Numbered from the stretch's first letter, positions 10,540-20,759 are shown. The stretch is DNA of 64,000 nt from Betaproteobacteria bacterium (GCA_031362885.1 JANLTJ010000025.1:19021-83020), one strand, 5' to 3'. Notes: generated from the letters alone by a model not told the origin. Program-made: numbers and translations.

Positions 10540-10992
10540 CTAAATAAGCTCGGGCGAGACGACAGCCCGTAAAACCACTTGTGGTTGTTCGCCACGAACG
10601 CGGTGGGACAGCCACCAGACCCCGCCTTTCCTGATGCTCCAGGGAATCGGCTCGCCCGCAATCAACATCGCGGCCAGCATTCCGAGCGTGGGTTGATGGC
10701 CGACGAGCAGCACCGCACCCTTGTCCTCCGGCCAGCGCGCCGCCGCGAGCGCGGCGGCCGGCGATTCTCCGGGGGCAAGGTCGCGCACGATCTCGAAGTT
10801 CTCCGTCAACGCCATGGCGGTTTGCCGGGCACGTTGCGCCGGACTGACAATAATGCGCGTTTGTTTCGGCAAGCGCGCACGCAGCCAGCCAGCCACGTCC
10901 TGCGCTTGCCGTTGGCCCTTGATGGTCAGTTGCCGTGCCAGATCGGGCGTGCCGTCAACGGCGTCCGCGTGACGCCACAAGATCAGATCCAT
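10540..10992 (-). CDS. sixA: phosphohistidine phosphatase SixA
   Basis: 150 aa. LILWRHADA (RHG-type histidine phosphatase motif) and LLVGHQPTLG. Confidence 0.85.
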   Translation of the reverse strand: MDLILWRHADAVDGTPDLARQLTIKGQRQAQDVAGWLRARLPKQTRIIVSPAQRARQTAMALTENFEIVRDLAPGESPAAALAAARWPEDKGAVLLVGHQPTLGMLAAMLIAGEPIPWSIRKGGVWWLSHRVRGEQPQVVLRAVVSPELI

Positions 10993-11016
10993 TCCATCAT
11001 CCTTATCATGGGTGGG

Positions 11017-12543
11017 TCAAGACGGCCTGCGCCATGCTTTTGAATGACCGAAGCGTTTCCACGCATCTTCGATCCGGCCGTGGAGTAGCTGCGCTTCGTG
11101 CGCGCACCAGCCGCGCACGAAGCCCACACCCTGCTGGTAGTTGATTGACGAATCCTCCTGAGCGAGCTCATCGAGCAGATTCCATGCGACCGCATCGTCA
11201 TTGAATTTCCCCAACAGGGTCTGCAAATCAAGCAGCGAACGCAGACCGTGACGCGCCCGGCCTTCGAAAAGAGGCATGAAGAATTCGATTGCATAGCGCA
11301 GGCGCTTGATGTGGATGCGCAGCCGGTGAAGATCCGTCAAACCAAGCCAAGAAATGTCGTGTCCGCGTTTGGCCATGCGCGCGAACCCGTTCGATATGAA
11401 ACTGGCTGCGAACTTGCGCAATGGCGTGTCCGCGGCGGCGCGCGGCAATTGTTCGTCATGCCACTGGCCCTGCGTAATTTGCTGCGCGAGTCGCAGCAGC
11501 AACGTGGTATATGCGCCAGCGGCGACACTCGCACGCGCGGCCTGGTTTGCGCGGCGGCGGGCGATTTGCGTTTGCCGGCGCAGCGCGGCGAGCCCGGCAT
11601 GCTCCGCGCATCCTGCCTGCGGCAAGGTTTCGGCGGCAAACACGTCCAGATCGCGCGCCGCGCCCAGCAGACGCGAAAGCGCCTTCAGGTGTTCCGAAAC
11701 CTGCGTCCAATGCGTCCTGGGTATCGCGGCATCGAACACGTGAAACGACGAGTGCAGACGCCGCAGGGCGATGCGGGCCTGATGCAAAAACTCAGGATCG
11801 CTACCGGCGAGAAGACCCGGCTCGTTGTCCTGAAGCTGGGCGATGCAATGGAATGCGACGGCGACAAAGGCATCCTCAACGGACATGTCCGCAGACAGCG
11901 GCGGCGGCGTGGCCTTCACCGGCGCGTATGGCAGGCCTTGCGCAAGCGCATAGCCGCGTTGCGCCTTGCTGCGATGACCGAGTCTCGCCGACGGCAGTGC
12001 GCCCGCGATTTCGAGCGCCAGATCGAAGAGTGCGCCGGTGTTTCCCGCTTTTAGCTCCAGTTCGACTTCGCAAATCGGCTCGCTTCGCCCACCGGCGGCA
12101 ATGCTGCCGCGATCCAGACTGACTTCGATGACGGTGTCAGCACGCGGTCTGATCAAGGTCGAGCTGCGCCGGAAATCGGTGGTGAATGCAACCTGAAGTG
12201 CGGCGCGCATTTCCTTGTTGGCCACCAGTTTCCCAAAGCCAGCTTCGATGATTGCCGGAAAACTCGGGATCTGGGCGGCGACCACGGTTTCGTGCTCGGT
12301 GCGCCGATGCAGCCCCGCGGCGGCAACCCCGCCACCCTTGACGCACTGAATCCAGCGCTTGCCCTGGCGCCGCAGCCGCAGTGCCACGCCACCGCTCTTC
12401 AGACGGTGATCCGGGGTATCGTAGTAAACGGAAAATAACCGGCGCGATGCAGGCTTGGGATGCGGATGCCCTGCCAGAATGCTCCAAAGGCGATGTGCCT
12501 GACCTGGTTCCACCGACAGTTTTATCTCGATCTCCAAGGCCAT
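11017..12543 (-). CDS. CYTH (triphosphate tunnel metalloenzyme) + CHAD domain protein
   Basis: Track ORF (667 aa) trimmed to ATG at 12543. Starts MALEIEIKLSV (the CYTH ExExK signature), followed by a long helical His/Arg-rich CHAD-like region. The longer ORF would overlap ppk1. Confidence 0.85.
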   Translation of the reverse strand: MALEIEIKLSVEPGQAHRLWSILAGHPHPKPASRRLFSVYYDTPDHRLKSGGVALRLRRQGKRWIQCVKGGGVAAAGLHRRTEHETVVAAQIPSFPAIIEAGFGKLVANKEMRAALQVAFTTDFRRSSTLIRPRADTVIEVSLDRGSIAAGGRSEPICEVELELKAGNTGALFDLALEIAGALPSARLGHRSKAQRGYALAQGLPYAPVKATPPPLSADMSVEDAFVAVAFHCIAQLQDNEPGLLAGSDPEFLHQARIALRRLHSSFHVFDAAIPRTHWTQVSEHLKALSRLLGAARDLDVFAAETLPQAGCAEHAGLAALRRQTQIARRRANQAARASVAAGAYTTLLLRLAQQITQGQWHDEQLPRAAADTPLRKFAASFISNGFARMAKRGHDISWLGLTDLHRLRIHIKRLRYAIEFFMPLFEGRARHGLRSLLDLQTLLGKFNDDAVAWNLLDELAQEDSSINYQQGVGFVRGWCAHEAQLLHGRIEDAWKRFGHSKAWRRPS

Positions 12544-12568
12544 TGGGAACCAAACCCGCGTACGCCGA

Positions 12569-14755
12569 TCAGGCCGTTGCCGGGCCGGACGCAAGCTTGG
12601 CGAGCAGGGAAGCCTGGGCCGCGGCGCGCTTTCCGTGCGCGGATTTCCTGCGGGAATAATGGCCGTCGCTGTCCATCTCCCAGGCTTCGCCAACGTCCGA
12701 CAGATAGCACTTGAGCGACTCGTCGATAACCCGCTTTTTGAGCGCCTCGTCGAGCACCGGAAAACATACTTCGACACGCCGGAAAAAATTCCGGTCCATC
12801 CAGTCCGCGCTCGACAGACGAACGCTTTCGGAACTTCTGAAATAGAAAACGCGGTGATGTTCGAGAAATCGGCCGATGACCGAGCGCACGCGGATGTTCT
12901 CCGACAGTCCGGCAATACCCGGTCGCAGCGCGCAGACTCCGCGGACGATGAGGTCGATTTGCACACCGGCCATCGAAGCTTCATACAACGCGGAAATAAT
13001 ATCGGGCTCGAGCAGCGCATTCATCTTGGCAATGATGCCGCCCGTCTTTCCGGCTCGCGCCTGATCGGCCTCGTGACGGATTGACGCCAGGATTTGCGCG
13101 TGCAGGGTAAATGGCGATTGCCATAGATGCCTGAGCTTGCCGGCCTTGCCCAGGCCGGTGAGCTGCATGAATACTTCGTTTACGTCGGCGCCGATTTCTT
13201 CGTTGCAGGTAAATAAACCGAAGTCGGTATACGACATGGCGGTGCGGGCGTGATAATTGCCGGTACCCAGATGCACATAGCGGCGCAGTCCGTCCTCCTC
13301 GCGGCGCAGGACCATCGACATCTTGGCGTGGGTCTTGTGCCCGACGATACCGTACATCACGTGGGCGCCGACTTCCTCGAGCTTCGACGCCCATTTGATG
13401 TTGGCCTCTTCGTCAAAGCGGGCCATCAGCTCAACCACAACCGTGACTTCCTTACCGTTGCGGGCGGCCTCAAGCAGGGCCTGCATCAGTTCGGAATTGG
13501 CGCCGGTGCGATAAACCGTCTGCTTGATCGCGACGACATTCGGGTCGCTGGCCGCCTGCTGGATGAAACCGATCACAGGCCTGAAGGACTGATACGGGTG
13601 GTGCAGCAGAATATCGCCGGCACGGATGGCGGGGAAAATGTCCGGGTCGTCGGCCAGCGCGGCCGGGAGGCCCGCCGCAAACTGCGGGAACTTGAGATCG
13701 GGCCGGTCTACCGCATCAGGCACCTGCATGAGACGCACCAGATTGACCGGTCCAGTCACCTGATAGAGGTCATCCGGACCCAGGTTGAATTGTTGCAGCA
13801 GAAAGTCCGAAATTTCCGAAGAGCACAGATCGGCGACCTCAAGACGAACCGCATCGCCGAAATGCCGCTGCGGAAGCTCGCCCTGCAACGCAAGGCGCAG
13901 GTTCTTGACCTCTTCCTCGTCGACAAACAAATCGCTGTTTCGAGTGACGCGGAATTGAAAGCAACCCTGCACTTCCATGCCGGAGAACAGTTCGTTCACG
14001 TGCGCATGAATGATTGATGAAAGAAACACGAATCCGTGCGCGCTGCCCGCAATCTCGTCCGGCAGCTTGATGAGGCGCGGCAGTACGCGCGGGGCCTGCA
14101 CCAGCGCGAATCCGGAGTTGCGCCCAAAGGCGTCCTTGCCCGAAAGCCTGACCGCGAAATTCAAACTTTTGTTCAGGATGCGTGGAAACGGATGCGCAAA
14201 GTCGAGTCCGATCGGTGTCATCACAGGCATGATTTCCTTCAGGAAAAAAGCCTTGATCCAGAGCTTCTGGGCGTCGCTCCAATGGTGCCTTCGCAGGAAA
14301 TGAATTCCTTCTCTTGCGAGCTCTGGTAGCAGCACGTCGTTCCAGAGCTGATACTGCCGAGCCACCAGCTTGTGCGCTTGCAGCGACACGTCACGAAAAA
14401 CTTGCGAAGCCGCCGCGCCGTCCGGGCCGGTCAGCTCGGTACCGAGTTCTATCTGCGCCTTCAAGCCGGCAACCCGGATTTCGAAGAATTCGTCGAGATT
14501 GTTGCTTACGATACACAGAAAGCGCAATCGTTCCAGCAACGGAATTTCAGGATCCTCGGCTTGAGCCAGAACCCGGTGGTTGAACTCAAGCTGCCCGAAC
14601 TCCCGGTTCAGGTAGAGCTGCGGATTGGAGCGCCGCACCTTGCCCGATTTGTCGGCGGCGAGTGCGGCGCGCTTGCGCGCGACCTTTTCCGGCGCAAGCG
14701 CGGCCGTCCGTTCGCCTGACTCCACCTTGGTTTGATCTGCCCTGGTAATTTTCAA
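12569..14755 (-). CDS. ppk: polyphosphate kinase 1
   Basis: 728 aa. LYLNREFGQLEFNHRVL, HxK PLD-like motifs (GHKTHAKM). Start at 14755 is TTG and therefore uncertain. Confidence 0.93.
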   Translation of the reverse strand: MKITRADQTKVESGERTAALAPEKVARKRAALAADKSGKVRRSNPQLYLNREFGQLEFNHRVLAQAEDPEIPLLERLRFLCIVSNNLDEFFEIRVAGLKAQIELGTELTGPDGAAASQVFRDVSLQAHKLVARQYQLWNDVLLPELAREGIHFLRRHHWSDAQKLWIKAFFLKEIMPVMTPIGLDFAHPFPRILNKSLNFAVRLSGKDAFGRNSGFALVQAPRVLPRLIKLPDEIAGSAHGFVFLSSIIHAHVNELFSGMEVQGCFQFRVTRNSDLFVDEEEVKNLRLALQGELPQRHFGDAVRLEVADLCSSEISDFLLQQFNLGPDDLYQVTGPVNLVRLMQVPDAVDRPDLKFPQFAAGLPAALADDPDIFPAIRAGDILLHHPYQSFRPVIGFIQQAASDPNVVAIKQTVYRTGANSELMQALLEAARNGKEVTVVVELMARFDEEANIKWASKLEEVGAHVMYGIVGHKTHAKMSMVLRREEDGLRRYVHLGTGNYHARTAMSYTDFGLFTCNEEIGADVNEVFMQLTGLGKAGKLRHLWQSPFTLHAQILASIRHEADQARAGKTGGIIAKMNALLEPDIISALYEASMAGVQIDLIVRGVCALRPGIAGLSENIRVRSVIGRFLEHHRVFYFRSSESVRLSSADWMDRNFFRRVEVCFPVLDEALKKRVIDESLKCYLSDVGEAWEMDSDGHYSRRKSAHGKRAAAQASLLAKLASGPATA

Positions 14756-14817
14756 CTCCCTCGATTTTCACGCGAACTCGCACGCCGCCGCGATGGGATG
14801 CGAATTGTGGCCGGGAG

Positions 14818-15093
14818 CTATCCTTTGGGCGGCGGAACGTAACCCGCAGCTGCGTCCGCGCCCTGACCGAAGAAATATTTCTCGGTCTGCTCCATCAGAT
14901 ACTTGCGGGCTTTTGCATCCGCGAGACTCAGCCGGTTCTCGTTGACCAGCATCTTCTGGTGATCGAGCCAGCCCTTCCATGCCTCTTTGGAGACACTTTC
15001 GAACAGGCGCCTGCCGAGTTCCCCGGGAAAGGGCGGTCTGTCCAGTCCCTCGGCGTCGCGGCCGAGCTTTACGCAATTCACCGTTCTTGTCAT
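14818..15093 (-). CDS. yggX: Fe(2+)-trafficking protein YggX
   Basis: 91 aa. [39 protein letters not shown]...NENRL. Confidence 0.9.
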   Translation of the reverse strand: MTRTVNCVKLGRDAEGLDRPPFPGELGRRLFESVSKEAWKGWLDHQKMLVNENRLSLADAKARKYLMEQTEKYFFGQGADAAAGYVPPPKG

Positions 15094-15229
15094 GTTGTTA
15101 GCCCGCTAGGTTAGATTGAATTCGCGGCAGTTGGGTTACCGATTTGTGACGCCGGTAACCGCATTGCGAAGATTATAGGCTCGCGATGGCAGGGTCACTG
15201 CGCGCGCCTGCATCGAATTTAAAAAAGGC

Positions 15230-16549
15230 CTAAATCGACTTTACGAACACCTTGGAGCGGCGTTGATAATTGTAGAGCGCTTGTCTTTGCGTCGGCAGGC
15301 TGCTCACATCGGCCGCGACGAAGCCGTGTTCGATGAACCAATGGGCCGCGCGCGTAGTCAGCACGAATAACCGTTTTATCCGCTGCTTTTTTGCTTTCTC
15401 CTCGATCCATTTCAGCAATTGTTCCCCGGCCCCGAAGTCGCGATAGTCGGGGTGCACGGCTACGCAGGCCAGCTCCGCCGATTTCTCATTGGCGAACGGG
15501 TAGAGCGCGGCACAGCCGACAATGACTTTGTCGTGTTCCAGTACACCGAAGTGCGCTATTTCAATCTCGAGCAGCTCGCGCGGGCGTTTGACCAGGGTGC
15601 CGTCGGCCTCGAGTGGCTCGATGAGCCGCAGGATGCCGCCGACATCCTCGATGGTGGCCTCGCGCAACTGTTCCAGCGGATCGCGTGTGAGCATGCTGCC
15701 GATGCCGTCATGGGTAAACAATTCCAGCAGCAACGCGCCGTCGGCGTGACGGCTGATGAGATGCACCCGCGCCGCGCCGCCCTTGCAGGCCTTGATCGCA
15801 TGCGGCAGATACAGCCTGGCGTCGTCGGACAGCGCGTCGGACTTGCGCAGCAATTTTTCCGCGTCCGACACCGTGAGTTCGCGCAGCAGGCGGCCACCTT
15901 TGGCTTTCAGCCCCGGCTCGTTCATCAGGAATACAAGTTTTTCCGCCCCCAAGGCGACGGCGGTTGCCGCGGCCACGTCTTCCAGCGTCATGTTGAAAAT
16001 TTCACCCGTCGGCGAATAGCCCAGCGGCGATAGCAGCACCAGTTTGCCATCGTCCAGACGGATATTGATGGCATCGGCTTCAACTTTGCGCACTTCACCC
16101 GTGTAGCACATGTCCACACCGTCCACGACGCCGCGCGGCCGCGCGGTGACGAAGTTGCCTGACGCGACCCGGATGTCGGCATTGGCCATCGGCGAGTTCG
16201 GCAGACCCATCGACAGCAGGGCTTCGATCTCCACACGCACTTGTCCGCTGGCCTGCTTCACGCCGGCGAGCGCCTGTTCATCGGTGACGCGGATGCCCCT
16301 GACGTATTGAGTTTTGAGACCTGCCGCGCGTAGTTGCGCCTCGATCTGCGGCCGCGCCCCGTGCACCAGCACCAGGCGCACACCCAGGCTGGCGAGCAGA
16401 TTCAGGTCGTGCGTGAGCGCCACGAACGACCCTTCGGCCACCACTTCGCCGCCAAATGCGATGACGAAAGTGCGCCCGCCAAAGGCATGGATATACGGCG
16501 CAGCGGCGCGGAACCAGCGGACGAAGTGGGCTTGCTGCGCGGCTTGCAT
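15230..16549 (-). CDS. argA: amino-acid N-acetyltransferase (N-acetylglutamate synthase)
   Basis: 439 aa. N-terminal amino-acid-kinase fold (FVIAFGGE, LVLVHGARPQI) plus a C-terminal GNAT domain. Confidence 0.92.
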   Translation of the reverse strand: MQAAQQAHFVRWFRAAAPYIHAFGGRTFVIAFGGEVVAEGSFVALTHDLNLLASLGVRLVLVHGARPQIEAQLRAAGLKTQYVRGIRVTDEQALAGVKQASGQVRVEIEALLSMGLPNSPMANADIRVASGNFVTARPRGVVDGVDMCYTGEVRKVEADAINIRLDDGKLVLLSPLGYSPTGEIFNMTLEDVAAATAVALGAEKLVFLMNEPGLKAKGGRLLRELTVSDAEKLLRKSDALSDDARLYLPHAIKACKGGAARVHLISRHADGALLLELFTHDGIGSMLTRDPLEQLREATIEDVGGILRLIEPLEADGTLVKRPRELLEIEIAHFGVLEHDKVIVGCAALYPFANEKSAELACVAVHPDYRDFGAGEQLLKWIEEKAKKQRIKRLFVLTTRAAHWFIEHGFVAADVSSLPTQRQALYNYQRRSKVFVKSI

Positions 16550-16566
16550 ATCGGCTCCGGTCAGTC

Positions 16567-17334
16567 CTACTTCGGTTGCATGCGGATCGCGCCGTCGAGC
16601 CGGATCACTTCGCCGTTCAACATTTCGTTTTCGGCGATCTGCCGGACCAATTGCGCGAACTCGGCCGGACGCCCGAGCCGGGACGGGAAGGGCACCATTT
16701 TCCCCAGCGCGTCCTGCACTTCCTGCGCCATGCCGGTGAGCATCGGCGTTTCAAAAATACCCGGGGCAATGGTCATGATGCGGATGCCGTTGCGCGCCAG
16801 ATCGCGCGCGATCGGCAGTGTCATGCCGACAATGCCGCCCTTGGATGCCGCGTAAGCCGCCTGCCCGATCTGGCCATCGAAGGCGGCGACCGAAGCCGTA
16901 TTGACGATGACCCCGCGCTCGCCGCCTGCATTGGGCTGTTGTTTTGCCATCGCTTCCGCGGCCAGCCGGATCATGTTGAAACTGCCGACCAGATTAATGC
17001 TGATGACGCGGGCGAATTTTTCCAGCGAGTGCGGACCATCCTTGCCAAGTGTTTTTTCGCCGATGGCGATACCCGCGCAATTGACCAGCCCGTGCAGGCC
17101 GCCGAACTCCCTGAGAGCGACGGCGACGGCGTTTCTGCCGTGATCCTCGCGCGTGACATCACAATCGACATAGCGCGCTTGCTTGCCGAGTTTCGCCGCC
17201 AGAGCCTCGCCGTGTGCCCTGTTCACGTCGGCGATGATGGCGTTGCCACCGGCCGCCAGCACCATTTCCACGGTGGCGGCACCCAGTCCGGAACTACCGC
17301 CGGTGACGATAAAGCTGCTTTTGCTGATGTCCAT
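16567..17334 (-). CDS. short-chain dehydrogenase (3-hydroxyacyl-CoA dehydrogenase type-2-like)
   Basis: 255 aa. [29 protein letters not shown]. Confidence 0.85.
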   Translation of the reverse strand: MDISKSSFIVTGGSSGLGAATVEMVLAAGGNAIIADVNRAHGEALAAKLGKQARYVDCDVTREDHGRNAVAVALREFGGLHGLVNCAGIAIGEKTLGKDGPHSLEKFARVISINLVGSFNMIRLAAEAMAKQQPNAGGERGVIVNTASVAAFDGQIGQAAYAASKGGIVGMTLPIARDLARNGIRIMTIAPGIFETPMLTGMAQEVQDALGKMVPFPSRLGRPAEFAQLVRQIAENEMLNGEVIRLDGAIRMQPK

Positions 17335-17436
17335 GTTCCATTCCTGATACGGGTTATGACAGAAAGCGCCGCACAGTATAAGGGCTGGCGCGATAGGAAC
17401 GCCTTCCTTTGTGCGCTTGCGGCGAAGGAATTGAAT

Positions 17437-18210
17437 TCAGAAGTCGCCCCACAACGCCTGTATGGCCGACAGCGCGGCAAGTGCCGCAGTTTCCGTGCGC
17501 AATACGCGCGGGCCCAGGCGAACGGGCATAAAGCCTCGCGAATGGGCGAGCTGAATCTCGATGGGTGACAAGCCTCCCTCGGGGCCGACCAACAGCGTCA
17601 TTCGCGCAATCACTGCGAGGTCCTTCAGGGGTACAGGCGCCACGGGTGACAGCAGCAATCGCGCTTCGTCATCCGCCATGGGCGCTTCAAGCCGGGAAAG
17701 CCACTCGGGCAACCCCATCAAGGGCGCGACTTCCGGTATGCGATTGCGTCCGCATTGCTCGCACGCCGCGATCACCAGATTCTGCCAGTGCTCGACGCGG
17801 CGTTGCGCGCGCTCGTCCTTCAGCTTGACCACGCTGCGCTCGGTGGCAACCGGCTGAATGGACGAGACGCCGAGTTCAACGGCTTTCTGCAAGGTCATAT
17901 CCATGCGATCGCCGCTGGACAAGCCTTGCACCAGGCGGATGTCCAATGGGGATTCGCGCTCGACGTGGATATGCGCGCCAGTCTTGACCGATACTTCGCC
18001 CCGGGCGATGCGCGTGATGCGCGCTTCGAACTCACCGCCCAGCCCGTTGAAGATCACTACCGGCGCGCCGACTTCGAGCCGCAAGACGCGCACCGCATGA
18101 TGAGCGGCGTCCACCGGCAGCAGCACTTCCGAACCATTGCCCAGCTTGCCGTGAAAATGAAACCGGGCGCCTGATTTGATACCTGATTTCCGGCCTAAGT
18201 CTTTATCCAT
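17437..18210 (-). CDS. rsmE: 16S rRNA (uracil1498-N3)-methyltransferase
   Basis: 257 aa. PUA-like N-terminus, HAVRVLRL, C-terminal SPOUT knot LLVGPEGGLSP.E. Confidence 0.88.
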   Translation of the reverse strand: MDKDLGRKSGIKSGARFHFHGKLGNGSEVLLPVDAAHHAVRVLRLEVGAPVVIFNGLGGEFEARITRIARGEVSVKTGAHIHVERESPLDIRLVQGLSSGDRMDMTLQKAVELGVSSIQPVATERSVVKLKDERAQRRVEHWQNLVIAACEQCGRNRIPEVAPLMGLPEWLSRLEAPMADDEARLLLSPVAPVPLKDLAVIARMTLLVGPEGGLSPIEIQLAHSRGFMPVRLGPRVLRTETAALAALSAIQALWGDF

Positions 18211-18342
18211 GCTAAGATTTTGCCATGCACTGTTGCACCTGTCTCCGAGTTTGTGGCGGGGCTTTCAGGCGTTTCTGCAGGTGTTCCGGCAAATCGATCC
18301 TTTGGCCAGAAAATCGAAGTGATAGTTAAACCCGCGCGTGGC

Positions 18343-19125
18343 ATGCTCGAAGCAGTCATCGCCTGTGTGCGCGAAGTTGCGGCCAAGGAGATCATGCCGC
18401 GCTATCTGAAGGTAGCGCACCAGCGCAAAACCGACGGCAGTCTGTTTACCGAGGCCGATCTGGCGGCGCAGGAAGCCTTGTCGATCAGTCTGCCCGGAAT
18501 CCACCCCGGCCCCATCGTCGGCGAGGAAATGACAGCGGAGCAGCAGACGCGGTTTTGGGCCGAAGGCACGCAAGGGCTGTGGTGCGTGGACCCGATTGAC
18601 GGCACCTCCAATTTCGCCAACGGCCTGCCCTACTTCGCCGTTTCCGTGGCGTTAATGGTGAACGGACGCAGCACGCTGGGCGTGGTCTACGATCCGATCG
18701 CCGACGAGGTGTTCTATGCCGAAACCGGTGCTGGCGCTTATCTCAACGGCGAGCGCCTGCCCATCAAGGAGCGCGCCCCGCCGCTGCGCGGCGCCATGGC
18801 GCAAGTCGATTTCAAACGCCTGCCGCCCAGGCTGGCGCTTGCCTTGGTGGCCGGGCCGCCGTATTCCTCGCAGCGCAATTTCGGTGCCAGTGCCCTGGAG
18901 TGGTGCTATGTCGCGGCCGGGCGCTTCGATGTCTACCTGCATGGCGGGCAGAAACTGTGGGACTTTGCCGCCGGTTCGCTGATTCTGGAACAAGCCGGTG
19001 GCTTCATGTGCACCCTCGACCAGGATGACTTCTGGGCCGACAATCTGTGGAAGCGTTCGGCCATCGCCTCGCGAGATGCCGGGTTGTTCGACGCATGGAA
19101 GCGCTGGATTCGCGCCCGCCAATAG
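18343..19125 (+). CDS. inositol monophosphatase family protein
   Basis: Track ORF trimmed to ATG 18343 (MLEAVIACVRE). Motifs: WCVDPIDGTSNF and the GG.KLWDFAAG region. Ends WIRARQ-TAG. Confidence 0.85.
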   Translation: MLEAVIACVREVAAKEIMPRYLKVAHQRKTDGSLFTEADLAAQEALSISLPGIHPGPIVGEEMTAEQQTRFWAEGTQGLWCVDPIDGTSNFANGLPYFAVSVALMVNGRSTLGVVYDPIADEVFYAETGAGAYLNGERLPIKERAPPLRGAMAQVDFKRLPPRLALALVAGPPYSSQRNFGASALEWCYVAAGRFDVYLHGGQKLWDFAAGSLILEQAGGFMCTLDQDDFWADNLWKRSAIASRDAGLFDAWKRWIRARQ

Positions 19126-19153
19126 TCCCGCACAGGCGCCGCGCTGGCTGGAT

Positions 19154-19186
19154 AAAGGGGCCAGGCTCGAATGGCACTTACTTAAG
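19154..19186 (+). repeat. REP-like repeat, copy a (full unit)
   Basis: aaaggggccaggctcgaatggcacttacttaag. Its 17-bp tail aatggcacttacttaag is the exact reverse complement of 19350-19366. Confidence 0.85.
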
Positions 19187-19212
19187 CCCTGATTCCGTGA
19201 CAATCACGGTAT

Positions 19213-19302
19213 GTAGCCCGGATGGAGCGCAGCGCAATCCGGGAAAGTCGGTTCCATGGCTGAGCATTTGCCCCGCATTGCACTGCGTTGCATACGGGCT
19301 AC
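19213..19302. repeat. nested palindromic element between repeat copies a and b
   Basis: Outer stem gtagcccg (19213-19220) pairs with cgggctac (19295-19302). Inner stem cccggat (19217-19223) pairs with atccggg (19237-19243). Confidence 0.7.
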
Positions 19303-19349
19303 GTGTTGCGGTCTTTATGGTCCCAGTGCCGTATTCTCGGGCAAAGACG

Positions 19350-19381
19350 CTTAAGTAAGTGCCATTCGGGCCAGGCTCGAT
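19350..19381 (-). repeat. REP-like repeat, copy b (inverted, rearranged core)
   Basis: cttaagtaagtgccattcgggccaggctcga. Directly abuts the RAYT stop codon. Confidence 0.8.
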
Positions 19382-20124
19382 TATTTTATTCGCAGCCCTG
19401 GCTCTTCCCCTTGTTCTTGCGATGCCGGTGCGTTATCCAGTGCCCTGCGCGGTCTGCCTCGCGGCTTCGCCTCACGTCTTATCCCGGTCATTCTCTCGAT
19501 CTTGGCGTAAAAACGCCCATTACCCAGAGGCTGACTCTGGTGCAACGCCAGACGAATGTCATCAAGGGCCGCGCGATCCAGTTGCGCCCGAAACAGCGCG
19601 CGATAGGCGGCCTGTCGGCCCTTGTCAGTTCGCCCCAAAGACAGATACAGCGGATGCGGCGTGAGGCGCGGATCGTGCTGCCCAAGGGCATTGGATCGAT
19701 AGCTGGTCCAGCGATGATGTGCTGGGTCTTCGACCATGGCTGCACGCACCGGGTTGAGTTCGATGTAGCGCTAGCAGGCAATCAGGTAAGTCTCGGCCTG
19801 CACCAAGGAAGACTTGTAGCGGCTGTCCCACAAAGTGCCGGTGCGGCGATAGCTGCGATTGACATACTGCACGTAACGCCGTCCCAGAGAGATGATGAGC
19901 TTGGGCACGCTCTCAGCTTTCCTGGGCGTTAAAAGCAAGTGCACGTGATTGGTCATCAGCACATAGGCGTGCAGCGCGCAGTCGAACTCCGCAAGAGCCT
20001 CACCGAGCCAATGCAGGTAACTGCTGTAGTCTTCCTCGCCAAAGAAGCACGGCTCGCGATTGTGGCCGCGCTGCACGATGTGCAGCGGTACGCCATCAAT
20101 GTGAACGCGCGGGCGGCGGGGCAT
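19381..20124 (-). pseudogene. REP-associated tyrosine transposase (RAYT, IS200/IS605-like Y1 transposase) interrupted by an in-frame TAG
   Basis: Two track ORFs in the same frame. The first has the HUH motif: LHIVQRGHNRE...YVLMTNHVHLLLTP...ETYLIAC. TAG at 19771-19773 follows, then RYIELNPVRAAMVEDP...SY. The element is flanked by inverted copies b and c of the REP-like repeat. Confidence 0.85.
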
Positions 20125-20140
20125 GCCGGCATGCTAGCAC

Positions 20141-20164
20141 AATAAATCGAGCCTGGCCCCTTTC
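20141..20164 (-). repeat. REP-like repeat, copy c (partial)
   Basis: aataaatcgagcctggcccctttc, 17 nt upstream of the RAYT start. Inverted relative to the aaaataatcgagcctggccc complement of copy b. Confidence 0.8.
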
Positions 20165-20165
20165 T

Positions 20166-20528
20166 TCAGAAATCTTCACGCACAGTAGAAGCATCACCAC
20201 GCGCGAGGTAGCAGCCACGATTAGTGTCTATGCGATCCACATCTAGCAAGATCCAATAACCGTCCTTTGAAACAAGTAGGACGTAATTTTTCGTTCCAAT
20301 AAATGAGTTAAAGTCGAAAACGGTAATTTCGCCAAGCTCCACGTTGGCCCACATTCTTACTTCAGCGCCGCCCGGAAGCAAACCAAACTTGTTGGAACAC
20401 CGAGGGTAACCCGATCCGGGCATTCCATACCGACTCGACCCATCCCACGTGTGCATACTCTGTAGCATTTTCATACTATCCCCGGCGCCAATCAGGCAGT
20501 AATTGGTACTTTCGCCTTGGCGCTGCAA
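20166..20528 (-). CDS. hypothetical protein (low-GC cassette)
   Basis: 120-aa ORF with no family I recognise. Lies in a visibly AT-richer stretch. Alternative start at MKMLQSMHTWDG. Confidence 0.4.
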   Translation of the reverse strand: MQRQGESTNYCLIGAGDSMKMLQSMHTWDGSSRYGMPGSGYPRCSNKFGLLPGGAEVRMWANVELGEITVFDFNSFIGTKNYVLLVSKDGYWILLDVDRIDTNRGCYLARGDASTVREDF

Positions 20529-20534
20529 TAGCCG

Positions 20535-20759
20535 CTACGGAGCCTTATAAGAGGCTGTCCCCTTGGACTTTGACAGAAAAAGCATCCAGTAGGTCTGGCT
20601 CTGTCTTTTAAGCGAGTAGGAATAGTTTTTTGGATTGACACCTTTTAGCGCATATCGCATTGCGTCTACGGCGTCAGAACACTTCTCTTCCAATTGCGCG
20701 CTCGCGACAGAAGGAAGAAGCACCAAAACAAGAAACGCGACGAGTGCGCGGCCGTTCAT
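20535..20759 (-). CDS. small secreted hypothetical protein
   Basis: Track ORF trimmed to ATG 20759. MNGRALVAFLVLVLLPSVASA-QLEEKC is a clear Sec signal peptide. Mature part is about 53 aa. Confidence 0.5.
   Translation of the reverse strand: MNGRALVAFLVLVLLPSVASAQLEEKCSDAVDAMRYALKGVNPKNYSYSLKRQSQTYWMLFLSKSKGTASYKAP

Noticed and set aside
11017-13020. 667-aa version of the CYTH-CHAD ORF.
   Set aside because: The first 159 codons overlap the ppk1 3' end and look like out-of-frame ppk1 sequence. The CYTH signature MALEIEIKL begins at the ATG at 12543.
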